Shown here: positions 32,102-41,129 of the stretch, one piece after another
Layout: every line of letters begins with the position of its first letter
Numbering within the stretch: the stretch's first letter is position 1
Virus record (IMG/VR): IMGVR_UViG_3300033412_000009
Span: 5,434-69,433 of that record
Source: a virus
Lineage: Duplodnaviria > Caudoviricetes
Reading direction: 5' to 3' (one strand)
DNA: 64,000 nucleotides
Position numbers and translations under genes: made by a program
The notes under the pieces: generated by a model
What the model saw: only the letters and a program-made list of their open reading frames with translations
What the model was told of the DNA's origin: nothing
Databases searched by the model: none

Positions 32102-32476
32102 GTGCCTCTCGCTTGCAGCGTCAACGCTTCGGTCGGCTCCTGCGCCGACATCGAGGAGAGGGACCTGAAGATCAAGCGCGGCGACGACAAGGTCGTCCGC
32201 TTCGTGTGCCGGGACTGCGAGACCCGAGAGCTGATCGACTGGACCGGCTGGACCTTCGCCTGCAAGGTGAAGGACTCGACGCTCACCAACACCTGGGTGG
32301 TGGCCACGATCTCTGGTGACGCCAACGGCGTGATCGCCGTCCTCTTCCCCAAGGCCCAGACCAGCCTCCTGACCCCCGGTGACGAGGGGCGCTACGACGT
32401 GCAAGGGACAGACCCCGATGGTCTGGACCATACTGTCGTCGAAGGAGACGTCCTGGTCACGGCCGACGTCACGTAG
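32102..32476 (+). CDS. Minor tail/virion protein (BppU-like)
   Basis: LKIKRGDD, IDWTGWTFACKVK, RYDVQ..DPDG..TVVEG. Confidence 0.6.
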   Translation: MPLACSVNASVGSCADIEERDLKIKRGDDKVVRFVCRDCETRELIDWTGWTFACKVKDSTLTNTWVVATISGDANGVIAVLFPKAQTSLLTPGDEGRYDVQGTDPDGLDHTVVEGDVLVTADVT

Positions 32477-32484
32477 GAGGACCG

Positions 32485-32946
32485 ATGGCAGATTTCGTCT
32501 TCAACATCGCCAAGGGCAAGGTGGCCCGCTATGCGGATCTCCCGGACGCCAACGACGCCCTGATCGTCGTGATCCTGAAGTCGGCGGGCCTGGAATCGGA
32601 CGCCACGCTGAAGGACTACGCCACCCTCTCGGCCCTGCTCGCGGCGGCCAACGACGAGTGCGACTTCACCGGGTACTCCCGCAAGACGCTCGCCTCCGTC
32701 ACCTCCACGGTCGACAACACGAACGACCGGATGGACACCGACGCTGCGGACCCCTCGGCGTACACGAACTCGGGCGGCTCGGCTCAGGCCGCTGGCAAGC
32801 TCCTCGTCGTGTGGGACGGTGACACGACTGGCGGCACCGACGCCAACATCGTTCCCCTCACCGCCCACGACTGCTCCATCACCTTCGACATCGGCGTCGC
32901 CACGACGATCGCCTTCGCCACCGCAGGCTTCTTCCGGGCGTCCTGA
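32485..32946 (+). CDS. Minor virion protein
   Basis: MADFVFNIAKG; SD AGGAGG; position in the tail module. Confidence 0.7.
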   Translation: MADFVFNIAKGKVARYADLPDANDALIVVILKSAGLESDATLKDYATLSALLAAANDECDFTGYSRKTLASVTSTVDNTNDRMDTDAADPSAYTNSGGSAQAAGKLLVVWDGDTTGGTDANIVPLTAHDCSITFDIGVATTIAFATAGFFRAS

Positions 32947-33411
32947 GTGTCGCGCCTCGTCCGGATTTGCACGGAGGGCGAAGAGGCTGTCTCCGCCGCT
33001 ACCGCCGAGACCCTGCTCGGCTTCCGCGGCGTCACCACCCTGAAGGTCGAGATCGCCGAGATCGCCCTCTCTGCCGACTACACGACCGATGCCACTGGCG
33101 TCGTGTCGTGGCGCCTCCTGTACTCGTCCTCGGACGGCACGGCCACCGGCTGTACCGAGTCCTCGGGCGACCCGGACGACCCGACCCCGGCCATCACCGG
33201 CTTCCGCCACTACACGGCAGAGCCGACGGCCTCGACGGAGATCATGGGCGGCATCTTCAACTGCAACGGCGGCTCCGACTACCGCTACTACGCGGAGGGT
33301 GACGGCGTGGCGCTCGACAACGCCACCAGCTCCCGACTGTCGTTGGAGGTCACCTCCGACAAGGCGTGCAACATGCGCGGCACCCTGGCTGTCAGGATCA
33401 TGGCGGCATGA
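32947..33411 (+). CDS. Hypothetical virion protein (beta-sandwich)
   Basis: Abuts the previous stop; alternating beta pattern. Confidence 0.6.
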   Translation: MSRLVRICTEGEEAVSAATAETLLGFRGVTTLKVEIAEIALSADYTTDATGVVSWRLLYSSSDGTATGCTESSGDPDDPTPAITGFRHYTAEPTASTEIMGGIFNCNGGSDYRYYAEGDGVALDNATSSRLSLEVTSDKACNMRGTLAVRIMAA

Positions 33412-33740
33412 ACATCGCTGATCTTCGCCGAGTTGTTCAGGAGGCTGCTTCCGACCTGGAGCATCCGTGGAAGCGCTACGACGTCGGCGCCGCCCCGCGC
33501 CTGTCGGGCAAGACCCACCCCTACGGCCGTCTCGTCTATTCGGAGGACGGCGCGGTCGGCGGCCTGTTCGACGGCCAGTACCTGATCGCCCGGGGCACGA
33601 CGAGCGACGAGTCGATCTGGGCTCTCGCCGAGCACCTGGGGCTTACCGACTGGGGGCCGCCTGTCGGCGTGACGGAGGTGGACGCCGGTTGGTTCTGGCT
33701 GTTCGCCAATCCCGGAGGTCGCACGCCGGAAGGGCAGTAG
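33408..33740 (+). CDS. Hypothetical protein
   Basis: ATGA coupling; 110 aa. Confidence 0.6.
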   Translation: MNIADLRRVVQEAASDLEHPWKRYDVGAAPRLSGKTHPYGRLVYSEDGAVGGLFDGQYLIARGTTSDESIWALAEHLGLTDWGPPVGVTEVDAGWFWLFANPGGRTPEGQ

Positions 33741-33743
33741 CCG

Positions 33744-35234
33744 ATGCCGCTCGGCGCCAAGTTTGCCCTCGCCACATCGCAGATCAAGTCCCTGACGGGC
33801 AACGATCTGTCGATCGCCAACTGCACGGTTGGCTACCTCGCCTACACGACGGTCGATCCGGACGTCGCGCGGGCGGTCATCACCACGGACATCTCGACCG
33901 GCCTGCTGGTCGATATGTCCTGCTACATGGACTGGTCGGCCCAGGACTTCGGCTGGGGCCACGCTGGCGGTTCTGACTCCGACGTCATCAACGTCAACGC
34001 CATCAACAAGTGGTGGCTTGTCTTCTGGTCCAAGGCCACGGGATCGACAACGCCGCGTCTGCACATCTTCGATGGCACCACGTGGACACATACGAACGGT
34101 GACGCCGCGATCACGTCGGACTTCACGAACGCGATCACCGGCATCGAGCTTGGCGACAACACCGCCTTCACTCCCATCGGCAATCAGATGGAGCTGCTGT
34201 GGGCTGGCATCTGGGGAGAGACCACCTCCGACAACCAGGCCGTGTCCTACGCCGACTACAACGTGCTTGCCCAGAAGGCGAACCGCCAGTTCTGGACGGA
34301 TCGCTCGATCATCTTCGGCGGGACGATGGCCGACGCCTCCGGGGTCGGCAACAACGAGACCGCCCGCACCTCGATCACGCTTGGCACGATCCCCGGGCCC
34401 GACTGGTTCACGAACTTCGCTCCCGGGCCAGAGATCTCCTACGTCAAGGAGGTCGGGTTCGTCACCAACACGACGGCGGGCACGACCTCGGCGATCACGG
34501 TCGCAGCAGGAGGCGTCCCTGCTGGCGACACGATCGTGATCATGGGCTCCTGCGACAACACCGGCACCTCGGGAGCTGCGACGACGATCTCCGTCGCCGA
34601 CAACTCGACCCAGCCGGGAACCGCGAACACCTACACCCTCCAGACGCCCCAGGCGATCGCCGACCCCGGTGCAGCTTCAGCGGGCCAGCAGGGCTTCTTC
34701 GTGGTCTGCACCGTGACCCGGGCTTTGGCCGCAGCCGACACGATCACCATCACCTACGGCGACTCGACCGCAGCGAAGGCGATCAACGCCCAGCAGTTCC
34801 ACAACGTCAATTTGACGACCCCCGTCCTCGCCAGCTCCTACAACCGCCAGGACAATCAGACCGGCCAGTCCGTGTCGGTCGCCACCGGTGTCGCCGCCAC
34901 CAAGTACGGCCAGGTCGTGCTGGCGATCGTCGCCGTCGAGGGTGGCACCGCGGACACCTTCACCTTGGACACGGACACGACGGCAGGCGTCTGGACGTCG
35001 TTCACCCGGCGAGGCTCTGGCACGACCACCTCCGGCGCAACTCTGAACTCGGCCTACAAGATCGTGAACGCCGCGGGATCCCAGACCTTCGATGGAGCGA
35101 CGATGCTCGGCACAGCCCGAGACCACGCTGCCGCGATCCTGATCCTCGACGTCGCCGTCACCCCGGTCCACTATGGCCGTGAGACGTTCCGTCCCGGTCG
35201 CATCGTTCCCTTCGTAGGGAAGATGCGCCGATGA
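33744..35234 (+). CDS. Minor tail or receptor-binding-like protein (lectin-like plus Thr-rich beta domains)
   Basis: 496 aa; NKWWLVFWS, LHIFDG LamG-like pattern; Thr/Ala-rich C-terminal half. Confidence 0.6.
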   Translation: MPLGAKFALATSQIKSLTGNDLSIANCTVGYLAYTTVDPDVARAVITTDISTGLLVDMSCYMDWSAQDFGWGHAGGSDSDVINVNAINKWWLVFWSKATGSTTPRLHIFDGTTWTHTNGDAAITSDFTNAITGIELGDNTAFTPIGNQMELLWAGIWGETTSDNQAVSYADYNVLAQKANRQFWTDRSIIFGGTMADASGVGNNETARTSITLGTIPGPDWFTNFAPGPEISYVKEVGFVTNTTAGTTSAITVAAGGVPAGDTIVIMGSCDNTGTSGAATTISVADNSTQPGTANTYTLQTPQAIADPGAASAGQQGFFVVCTVTRALAAADTITITYGDSTAAKAINAQQFHNVNLTTPVLASSYNRQDNQTGQSVSVATGVAATKYGQVVLAIVAVEGGTADTFTLDTDTTAGVWTSFTRRGSGTTTSGATLNSAYKIVNAAGSQTFDGATMLGTARDHAAAILILDVAVTPVHYGRETFRPGRIVPFVGKMRR

Positions 35235-36964
35235 GGTTCCAGCACCGCTACCGCTGGCGGCCAAAGCAGCCGCCGGTCCAGGGTGTTCCGTCAGCGTCTC
35301 TGACGCTGGGTCAGGCCACGGAGACGGACTCTGCCAGCGCGCTGACGATCACCAAGGCGACGTTCACCCTCGGTCAGGCCACTGAGACCGATCTGGCTGG
35401 CGCCGCAGCCCTGACGATCACCAAGACGATCACCCTCGGCCAGGCCACAGAGACTGACGAGTCCGAGCCTCTCGCGTTCACGAAGGGCACCTTCACCCTC
35501 GGGCAGTCCACCGAGAGCGACACGTCCCAGCCGCTCACGATCACGAAGTCGATCACCCTCGGGCAGGCCACCGAGACCGACAGCGCGCAGGCACTGACCG
35601 TCACCGACTCCTTCACGCTCGGCCAGCCGTCGGAGTCCGACACCTCCCAGCCCCTGACGATCACCAAGAGTTTCACGCTCGGGCAAGCAACAGAGACCGA
35701 CTCGGCGTCGTCGGTGACGACCGGCATCGAGTTCACCACCGGCCAGGCCACGGAAACCGACTCTGCCTCGGCCATCACTGTCACCAAGAGCTTCACGCTG
35801 GGCCAGGCCAGCGAGACCGACTCTTCCCAGGCGCTCGCCTTCACCAAGTCGCTGACGCTCGGCGATCCGACCGAGACCGACGACTCCCAGCCGCTCACTA
35901 TCTCGAAGACGATCACGCTCGGCCAGGCCGCAGAGACGGACTCCGCTCAGCCGCTCAGCTTCAGCCGCGGCGACTTCACGCTCGGGCAGTCCACGGAGAC
36001 CGATTCGAGCCAGCCGCTCACGATCTCCAAGTCGCTGACCCTGGGGCAGGCAACGGAGACCGACTCTGCACAGCCGGTCTCCGCCACCAAGACCGTCACG
36101 CTAGGACAAGCGACGGAGGTTGACGAGGCGGAGCCGCTCGCCTTCACGCGCGGCGACTTCACCGTCGGCCAGCCCACGGAGACGGATTCGGCGAGCGCGC
36201 TCACCGTCACCAAGACCTTCACCCTTGGCCAAGCGTCGGAGACGGACACGGCCAGCGCGCTCGTCTTCGCTGGCGAGTTCAACTTCGAGCTGGGCCAGGC
36301 CACCGAGAGCGACTCCGCTCAGCCCCTCACGGTCTCGAAGTTCTTCACGCTCGGGCAAGCGACGGAGACCGACGAGGCGCAGCCGGTTAGCGAGGTCCGC
36401 ACCGAGACCCTCGGACAGGCGACGGAGACGGACTCCTCGCAGCCGCTGACCATCACCAAGTCGCTGACCTTGGGCCAGGCCACCGAGACGGATACGGCGC
36501 AGCCGCTCACCATCTCCAAGAGCTTCACTCTCGGTCAGGCATCCGAGACCGATGAGGCCACGGCGATCTCGTCGTCGGCCGCGACGTCTCACGTCATGGG
36601 TCAGGCGTCGGAGACCGACACCGCCACCGCGCTGGCCATCACCAAGACCGTCACCCTCGGCACCGCGACCGAGACCGACGTCGCGCGAGCGCTCTCGCTG
36701 GCCAAGACCGCTGTCCTCGGGCAGGCCGAAGACATCGAGATCGCCACGGCGCTCACGTTTACGAAGGCGTTCGTGCTCGGCGGGGCATCCGAGACCGACG
36801 AGGCGCAACCGCTTATCCTGCCGAACACCGGCCCACCCGATCCATCGGCGTCGGACCAGGTCATCGACATCTTCTTCGGCACGCAGACAGAGAGGATCAG
36901 CGTTGCGCTTGTGGAGGTTCATCAGATCCGCGCTGGGACGCAGGAGGAGATCCTCCTCCTCTGA
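35231..36964 (+). CDS. Thr/Ser-rich tandem-repeat virion protein
   Basis: 25 copies (hand count) of a roughly 20-aa unit, consensus TLGQATETDSAQPLTITKSF. Confidence 0.8.
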   Translation: MRFQHRYRWRPKQPPVQGVPSASLTLGQATETDSASALTITKATFTLGQATETDLAGAAALTITKTITLGQATETDESEPLAFTKGTFTLGQSTESDTSQPLTITKSITLGQATETDSAQALTVTDSFTLGQPSESDTSQPLTITKSFTLGQATETDSASSVTTGIEFTTGQATETDSASAITVTKSFTLGQASETDSSQALAFTKSLTLGDPTETDDSQPLTISKTITLGQAAETDSAQPLSFSRGDFTLGQSTETDSSQPLTISKSLTLGQATETDSAQPVSATKTVTLGQATEVDEAEPLAFTRGDFTVGQPTETDSASALTVTKTFTLGQASETDTASALVFAGEFNFELGQATESDSAQPLTVSKFFTLGQATETDEAQPVSEVRTETLGQATETDSSQPLTITKSLTLGQATETDTAQPLTISKSFTLGQASETDEATAISSSAATSHVMGQASETDTATALAITKTVTLGTATETDVARALSLAKTAVLGQAEDIEIATALTFTKAFVLGGASETDEAQPLILPNTGPPDPSASDQVIDIFFGTQTERISVALVEVHQIRAGTQEEILLL

Positions 36965-36989
36965 GCTGCTCGGGGTCTACCATGTAGAC

Positions 36990-37109
36990 GTGAGCGACTT
37001 CCCTCCTCTGGATCCCACTCTGACCGGGGATGACCACGACGACGAGGCCATCCCCGAATCCCCCTACACCCACGACGAGCGCCCAACACTTTCGGACGTG
37101 CCGGAGTGA
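36990..37109 (+). CDS. Small acidic peptide preceding the endolysin (39 aa)
   Basis: MSDFPPLDPTLTGDDHDDEAIPESPYTHDERPTLSDVPE; TACCAT 6 nt upstream; GTGA-coupled to the endolysin. Confidence 0.55.
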   Translation: MSDFPPLDPTLTGDDHDDEAIPESPYTHDERPTLSDVPE

Positions 37110-37807
37110 CCACCTTCCCCTATGGCTATGCGGGATCCCCCCAGGGCATGGGGACCCAGTTCACCATCCTCCAGTACGAGCAGCAGCGGACCATCCGCCA
37201 GCTCAACTTCGAGTTCTGGCGGCGCGTCAAGGCCCTCATGGAGTTCGCCGCATCCCAGGGAGTCCCCCTCGGAGTCGGGACCGGATGGAGGATCCAGCCG
37301 TCCAACCCCGGTCCCGGCTTCGCCCAGCCTGGCAACTCGAACCATGAGGGCTTCCCTGCCGACGGCGTCTCCGGTGGTGCGGTCGCGGCCGACATGGTGC
37401 CCTCCACGTCGTGGGGGTGGATGCAGTCGAAGCTGGCCCTCTACGGCCTGCGCTCCTTCCAGTTCGTCAACAACGAGCCGTGGCACATCCAGCCGGTCGA
37501 TATCCCCGCTGCCCGCGAATTCCGCAAGGTGCCGTGGGTTCTCCAGGCATGGCCCCTTCCGGGTCTCCAGCCCCCCTCCCCGCCGCAGCCGGGGCCACCC
37601 CCAACAGAGGAGACAGACGTGGCACTTTGGGTCCGATTCGAGGGCGAGGCCGCCGAGATCGCGTTCGACGCGACGGGCTGGCGCGTCATCACCACACAGC
37701 AGCGTGACCAGCTTCGCTTCGCCAAGCTGCTTCGCGACGGCCCCGCGACGGGCTACCCGACGATCCTTCCGCAGTCCTGGAAGACCTCGTACCCGCAGCT
37801 TCCGTGA
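37106..37807 (+). CDS. Endolysin, M15-family (VanY-like) zinc peptidase
   Basis: GTGWR, AQPGNSNHE, AVAAD, NEPWHIQ (SxH...D...ExxH). Confidence 0.8.
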   Translation: MTTFPYGYAGSPQGMGTQFTILQYEQQRTIRQLNFEFWRRVKALMEFAASQGVPLGVGTGWRIQPSNPGPGFAQPGNSNHEGFPADGVSGGAVAADMVPSTSWGWMQSKLALYGLRSFQFVNNEPWHIQPVDIPAAREFRKVPWVLQAWPLPGLQPPSPPQPGPPPTEETDVALWVRFEGEAAEIAFDATGWRVITTQQRDQLRFAKLLRDGPATGYPTILPQSWKTSYPQLP

Positions 37808-38688
37808 AGGGCACCGTCCTCGACTACTCCTACTGGCGCCCCACCGACGCCCAGTATCAGCAGTTGAAGGACCAGGGTGTCGAGGGGTTCATGCGCTACC
37901 TCTCCTACCCTGACGCTGACGGCAAGGTGCTTCACGGCCCCGAGCGGGAGAAGATCTTCTCGTTCGGATTCAGCCTCACCCTCAACTTCGAGTACCACAA
38001 CACCTCCTGGCTGGGAGGTGGGTCGACAGGCTTCGCTCACGGCCAGTACGCCCGCAAGATCGCCCGCGAGGAGCACGGCTGGCCCGATGAGCGGCCCATC
38101 GTGTTCTCAGTCGACACCGACGTCCGGCCCGACCAGTACCCGATCGCCCTCGACTATCTGAAGGCAGCGGCCGACGGCGGCGGGGTCGGTCCGCAGTCCG
38201 CCTACGGCGAGTCGGGCGTCATCGACGCAGCAGTCCGCCAGGGGATCTGTCGGTTCTCCTGGTGGGCGATGGCGGCATCCGCGTGGGATCCGTCCATCTC
38301 GGCCACAGCATCCCTGGCGCAGACCAAGCAGCAGTCGTACGCCGGGATGGGCGCCTACGACGAGAACATCGTGATCCGCCCCGACTGGGGGCAGTACCGG
38401 AGAGGAGCCCCTGTGGCCACCATCGACGAAGTCAACCTGCGCGTCTACCAGCTTCAGAACGAGCTGGTCGGAGCGGCAGGCTCGGCGCAGACCCAGAAGA
38501 ACCAGGTGGCCGAGGCACTCGCTGTCGCCAAGCAGGCACTGGCCATTGCACAGGCGAACCAGACGGCGCTGTCGCAGCTCCTCTCGCTAGTGCAGGGGTT
38601 GAGCATCCCGCCGCCGCCGCCAGTCGACGCGAACGCCATCGCCGTCGCCGTCGGAAACGAGTGGACCCGTCGCTGGACCAACGGCTGA
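37804..38688 (+). CDS. Second lysin, DUF1906/GH25-like glycoside hydrolase with C-terminal coiled coil
   Basis: LDYS, GFMRYLS, LNFE, PIVFSVDTD, AYG, W.....W, DEN motifs. Confidence 0.8.
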   Translation: MKGTVLDYSYWRPTDAQYQQLKDQGVEGFMRYLSYPDADGKVLHGPEREKIFSFGFSLTLNFEYHNTSWLGGGSTGFAHGQYARKIAREEHGWPDERPIVFSVDTDVRPDQYPIALDYLKAAADGGGVGPQSAYGESGVIDAAVRQGICRFSWWAMAASAWDPSISATASLAQTKQQSYAGMGAYDENIVIRPDWGQYRRGAPVATIDEVNLRVYQLQNELVGAAGSAQTQKNQVAEALAVAKQALAIAQANQTALSQLLSLVQGLSIPPPPPVDANAIAVAVGNEWTRRWTNG

Positions 38689-38748
38689 GCCAGGGGGCAT
38701 CGAGCGGCCCTACCCTGGGCTCATGCCCAGCAACCGGGTCGGCCGTGA

Positions 38749-38961
38749 GTGAAGCGCTCACTTACGCGGGACGGAGTGATCCTGGCGACAGCGATCGCGT
38801 GGGGCACTACCGACATCCTCTTCTTCGGCGCCCGGCCGATCGTGATGTCAACGGCGTTGGCGATGTTCTTCTCGCCCGCCGCTCTCCGCTTCGACGAGGC
38901 AAGGCGCCTTCTGAAGGGTATGCCTCCCCGGAGCGAGGACAAGCCCAAGGAGGACGAGTGA
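38749..38961 (+). CDS. Holin-like membrane protein
   Basis: Two hydrophobic segments, charged C-terminus, directly after the lysins. Confidence 0.55.
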   Translation: MKRSLTRDGVILATAIAWGTTDILFFGARPIVMSTALAMFFSPAALRFDEARRLLKGMPPRSEDKPKEDE

Positions 38962-39068
38962 GCCTCTCGCGACTGATCCAGGACTATCCCGTGACCTTCG
39001 CCTACGGTGGCATCTGCGTGATCGTCATTGTCCTGTTGAATGTCTTCTCCGCTGTCTGGGGGTGGTGA
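38958..39068 (+). CDS. Small membrane protein
   Basis: MSLSRLIQDYPVTFAYGGICVIVIVLLNVFSAVWGW; SD AGGAGG. Confidence 0.5.
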   Translation: MSLSRLIQDYPVTFAYGGICVIVIVLLNVFSAVWGW

Positions 39069-39466
39069 GGCTGGTGCCTCAGCGAATCGTTCGGGCGGCC
39101 AACCGCAACCCGTTCCTCACCTCGATCATCATGGCGCTGCTGATCTTCATCGGCGGGTTCCTCGCGTACGAGCACCAGAACGACAACAACGTCAAGCGAG
39201 CCAAGGCGCAGGCCGTGCAGGAGTCGGAGGCGCGAGCCAAGGACATCGCCAAGGCCGTGGCCAAGTCGAACCTCGATGTCTGTCAGAGGGCCGTGACGTC
39301 AGTAACGTCCCAGCTCAACGCCGACCTGATCCAGGTGATCAAGACGATCGAGCAGCGCCTCATCGAGCAGAACCGCCCGATCTCGCCGGTGTACATCCAG
39401 CTCGAAGACCTGATCAGAAACAGGAAGCCTCCACTGGAGGCTTGCATCCCGAAGGAGAACCCATAG
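39062..39466 (+). CDS. Single-TM coiled-coil protein in the lysis cassette
   Basis: One TM helix, then a helical domain with two Cys. Confidence 0.65.
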   Translation: MVRLVPQRIVRAANRNPFLTSIIMALLIFIGGFLAYEHQNDNNVKRAKAQAVQESEARAKDIAKAVAKSNLDVCQRAVTSVTSQLNADLIQVIKTIEQRLIEQNRPISPVYIQLEDLIRNRKPPLEACIPKENP

Positions 39467-39813
39467 TGGAACCGTTCCTGCTGCCCGTGTTCGTGGCCAG
39501 CATGATCAAGAAGGTCACCGACCTGGTGGCTTTCGCCTCGGCGAAGGACTGGAAGGCCGTGGCCAAGCAGGTGCTCGCATGGATCGTCGGTGTGCTCACC
39601 GTCGCCCTGGTGCGGGCCTCCGAGGTCGCCAACGACTACGTCCTCCCGGGCGTCAACAAGGCGCTGGGCGACCTGAACGCTGCCGCGGTGGTCCTCGTCG
39701 GCGTGCTCATCGCCTCCGGTGGCTCGGTGGTCAGCGACATCATCGCCTCGCGCGACAACACCAGCTCGGCCTACGTGCCGCCGCTGGGTGGGCCCCCCGA
39801 CACGACCCCGTGA
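39466..39813 (+). CDS. Holin
   Basis: Three hydrophobic segments (115 aa); SD AAGGAG. Confidence 0.6.
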   Translation: MEPFLLPVFVASMIKKVTDLVAFASAKDWKAVAKQVLAWIVGVLTVALVRASEVANDYVLPGVNKALGDLNAAAVVLVGVLIASGGSVVSDIIASRDNTSSAYVPPLGGPPDTTP

Positions 39814-40043
39814 AGCGCTTCCGGGGGTGGTGGGCGACGGCGCACTCGTCGCTCATCACTCACCGGAGTCTGAAGTGGTTCTGGATCTTCCCTGGCATCC
39901 CGATCTCGTTCGTGCTCCGGAAGTCAGTGCCGTACCTCGTGTTCCTGTCGGTCTACGCGATCATCACCGGCCACTGGTCGGCTGAAGAGGCGGCGAAGAC
40001 CGAGGTCAAAGCCGAGGAAGCAGAAGAGTCCGACCCCCGCTGA
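39810..40043 (+). CDS. Small membrane protein
   Basis: WFWIFPGIPISFVLRKSVPYLVFLSVYAIITGHWSA. Confidence 0.6.
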   Translation: MKRFRGWWATAHSSLITHRSLKWFWIFPGIPISFVLRKSVPYLVFLSVYAIITGHWSAEEAAKTEVKAEEAEESDPR

Positions 40044-40082
40044 TCTCACACAGGCCCTCGCCTCGCCTGGCATGATGGGCCG

Positions 40083-41129
40083 ATGGCCGGATGTGGTTGC
40101 GGGTCCTCCGCTGGGTGCTCTTGTGTTCTCGCCGCAGCGGCCGACGGCGACTGCGATGCCGTAGAGATCGAAGTCACTGGCGCCGGATCGTCCGCGGTCC
40201 CCTTCGTCATCGGCGCCGTCTTCCACCCGACGCGCTTCATCCGCGAGGACGGCAACGAGCCGTGGAAGATCGAGACGGTCTCCGGCTGCGACACGCTGCT
40301 CCCTCGCTGCCAGTACGAGGCAGAGCCGTTCCTGCCGATGGTGAACTCCAGCCACACGCTGGTGGGCTTTGCGTTTCTTGGGCTTGACTGCGAGACCGGC
40401 ACCAACGTCCCGCTGTACGAAGCTGTCGACTCGACGTCGACCTCCACGGCGCTGCCTTCCGGATGGGAGCCCGCCTGCACCTCTGCAAGCGCCGGGCACT
40501 TCATCCCGATGTTCACCGACCCCGATGACGAGGCGACGCGCGTCGGCTACGCGTTCGTCCGCTACGACATCGAGTCGGGCACCTACCAGCAGCGCTACAT
40601 CACGAACGCCGGGTCGGTCACCACCACGAAGCCTGGATCCTGGAAGGTCGGCTCTTGCGGGACCGCCTCGTCCAGTGGTGGGACGCTCCCGTCGGGCGGT
40701 GTCTCAACCGTCCCCGGCTCGGCGCACTTCTACCTGATGTCCTCGACGATCAAGGACGGCTACTACTACCCGGACTGGGGGATCCCGTCGCTCCAGGCGA
40801 CGCCCACCCAGTGCGTCGACACGCTGTCGCTGCCCACCGGCTACGACGACGCCTCCTGGAAGCGCATCATCGTCACCCTCCACGGCCTCTCCGGCGCGCT
40901 CACTGAGGACTTCACCGTGACCGTGAAGGACGTGACCGGCACGGTCGACGTCGCGACGCTCACCATCGCCTCGGGGACCGCGCCCACCAGCGGCAAGATC
41001 TACAGCGACGCCACGATCGTCTCGGGGTCGTGGGACGACAACACCGACATCCAAGCTTTCATCGAGTGCGAGGACGACCTCGTCGGAGGCTGCCACATCG
41101 AGGTCCAGTACGAGCTGAACCCGTCGTGA
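40083..41129 (+). CDS. Minor tail protein
   Basis: MAGCGCGSSAGCSC...VTGAGSSAVPFVI N-terminus typical of actinophage minor tail proteins. Confidence 0.65.
   Translation: MAGCGCGSSAGCSCVLAAAADGDCDAVEIEVTGAGSSAVPFVIGAVFHPTRFIREDGNEPWKIETVSGCDTLLPRCQYEAEPFLPMVNSSHTLVGFAFLGLDCETGTNVPLYEAVDSTSTSTALPSGWEPACTSASAGHFIPMFTDPDDEATRVGYAFVRYDIESGTYQQRYITNAGSVTTTKPGSWKVGSCGTASSSGGTLPSGGVSTVPGSAHFYLMSSTIKDGYYYPDWGIPSLQATPTQCVDTLSLPTGYDDASWKRIIVTLHGLSGALTEDFTVTVKDVTGTVDVATLTIASGTAPTSGKIYSDATIVSGSWDDNTDIQAFIECEDDLVGGCHIEVQYELNPS

Noticed and set aside
35290-36830. Roughly 60-bp periodic DNA repeat resembling a CRISPR array
   Set aside because: The repeats stay in frame with synonymous variation and have no unique spacers; they encode a protein repeat. 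No cas genes are present
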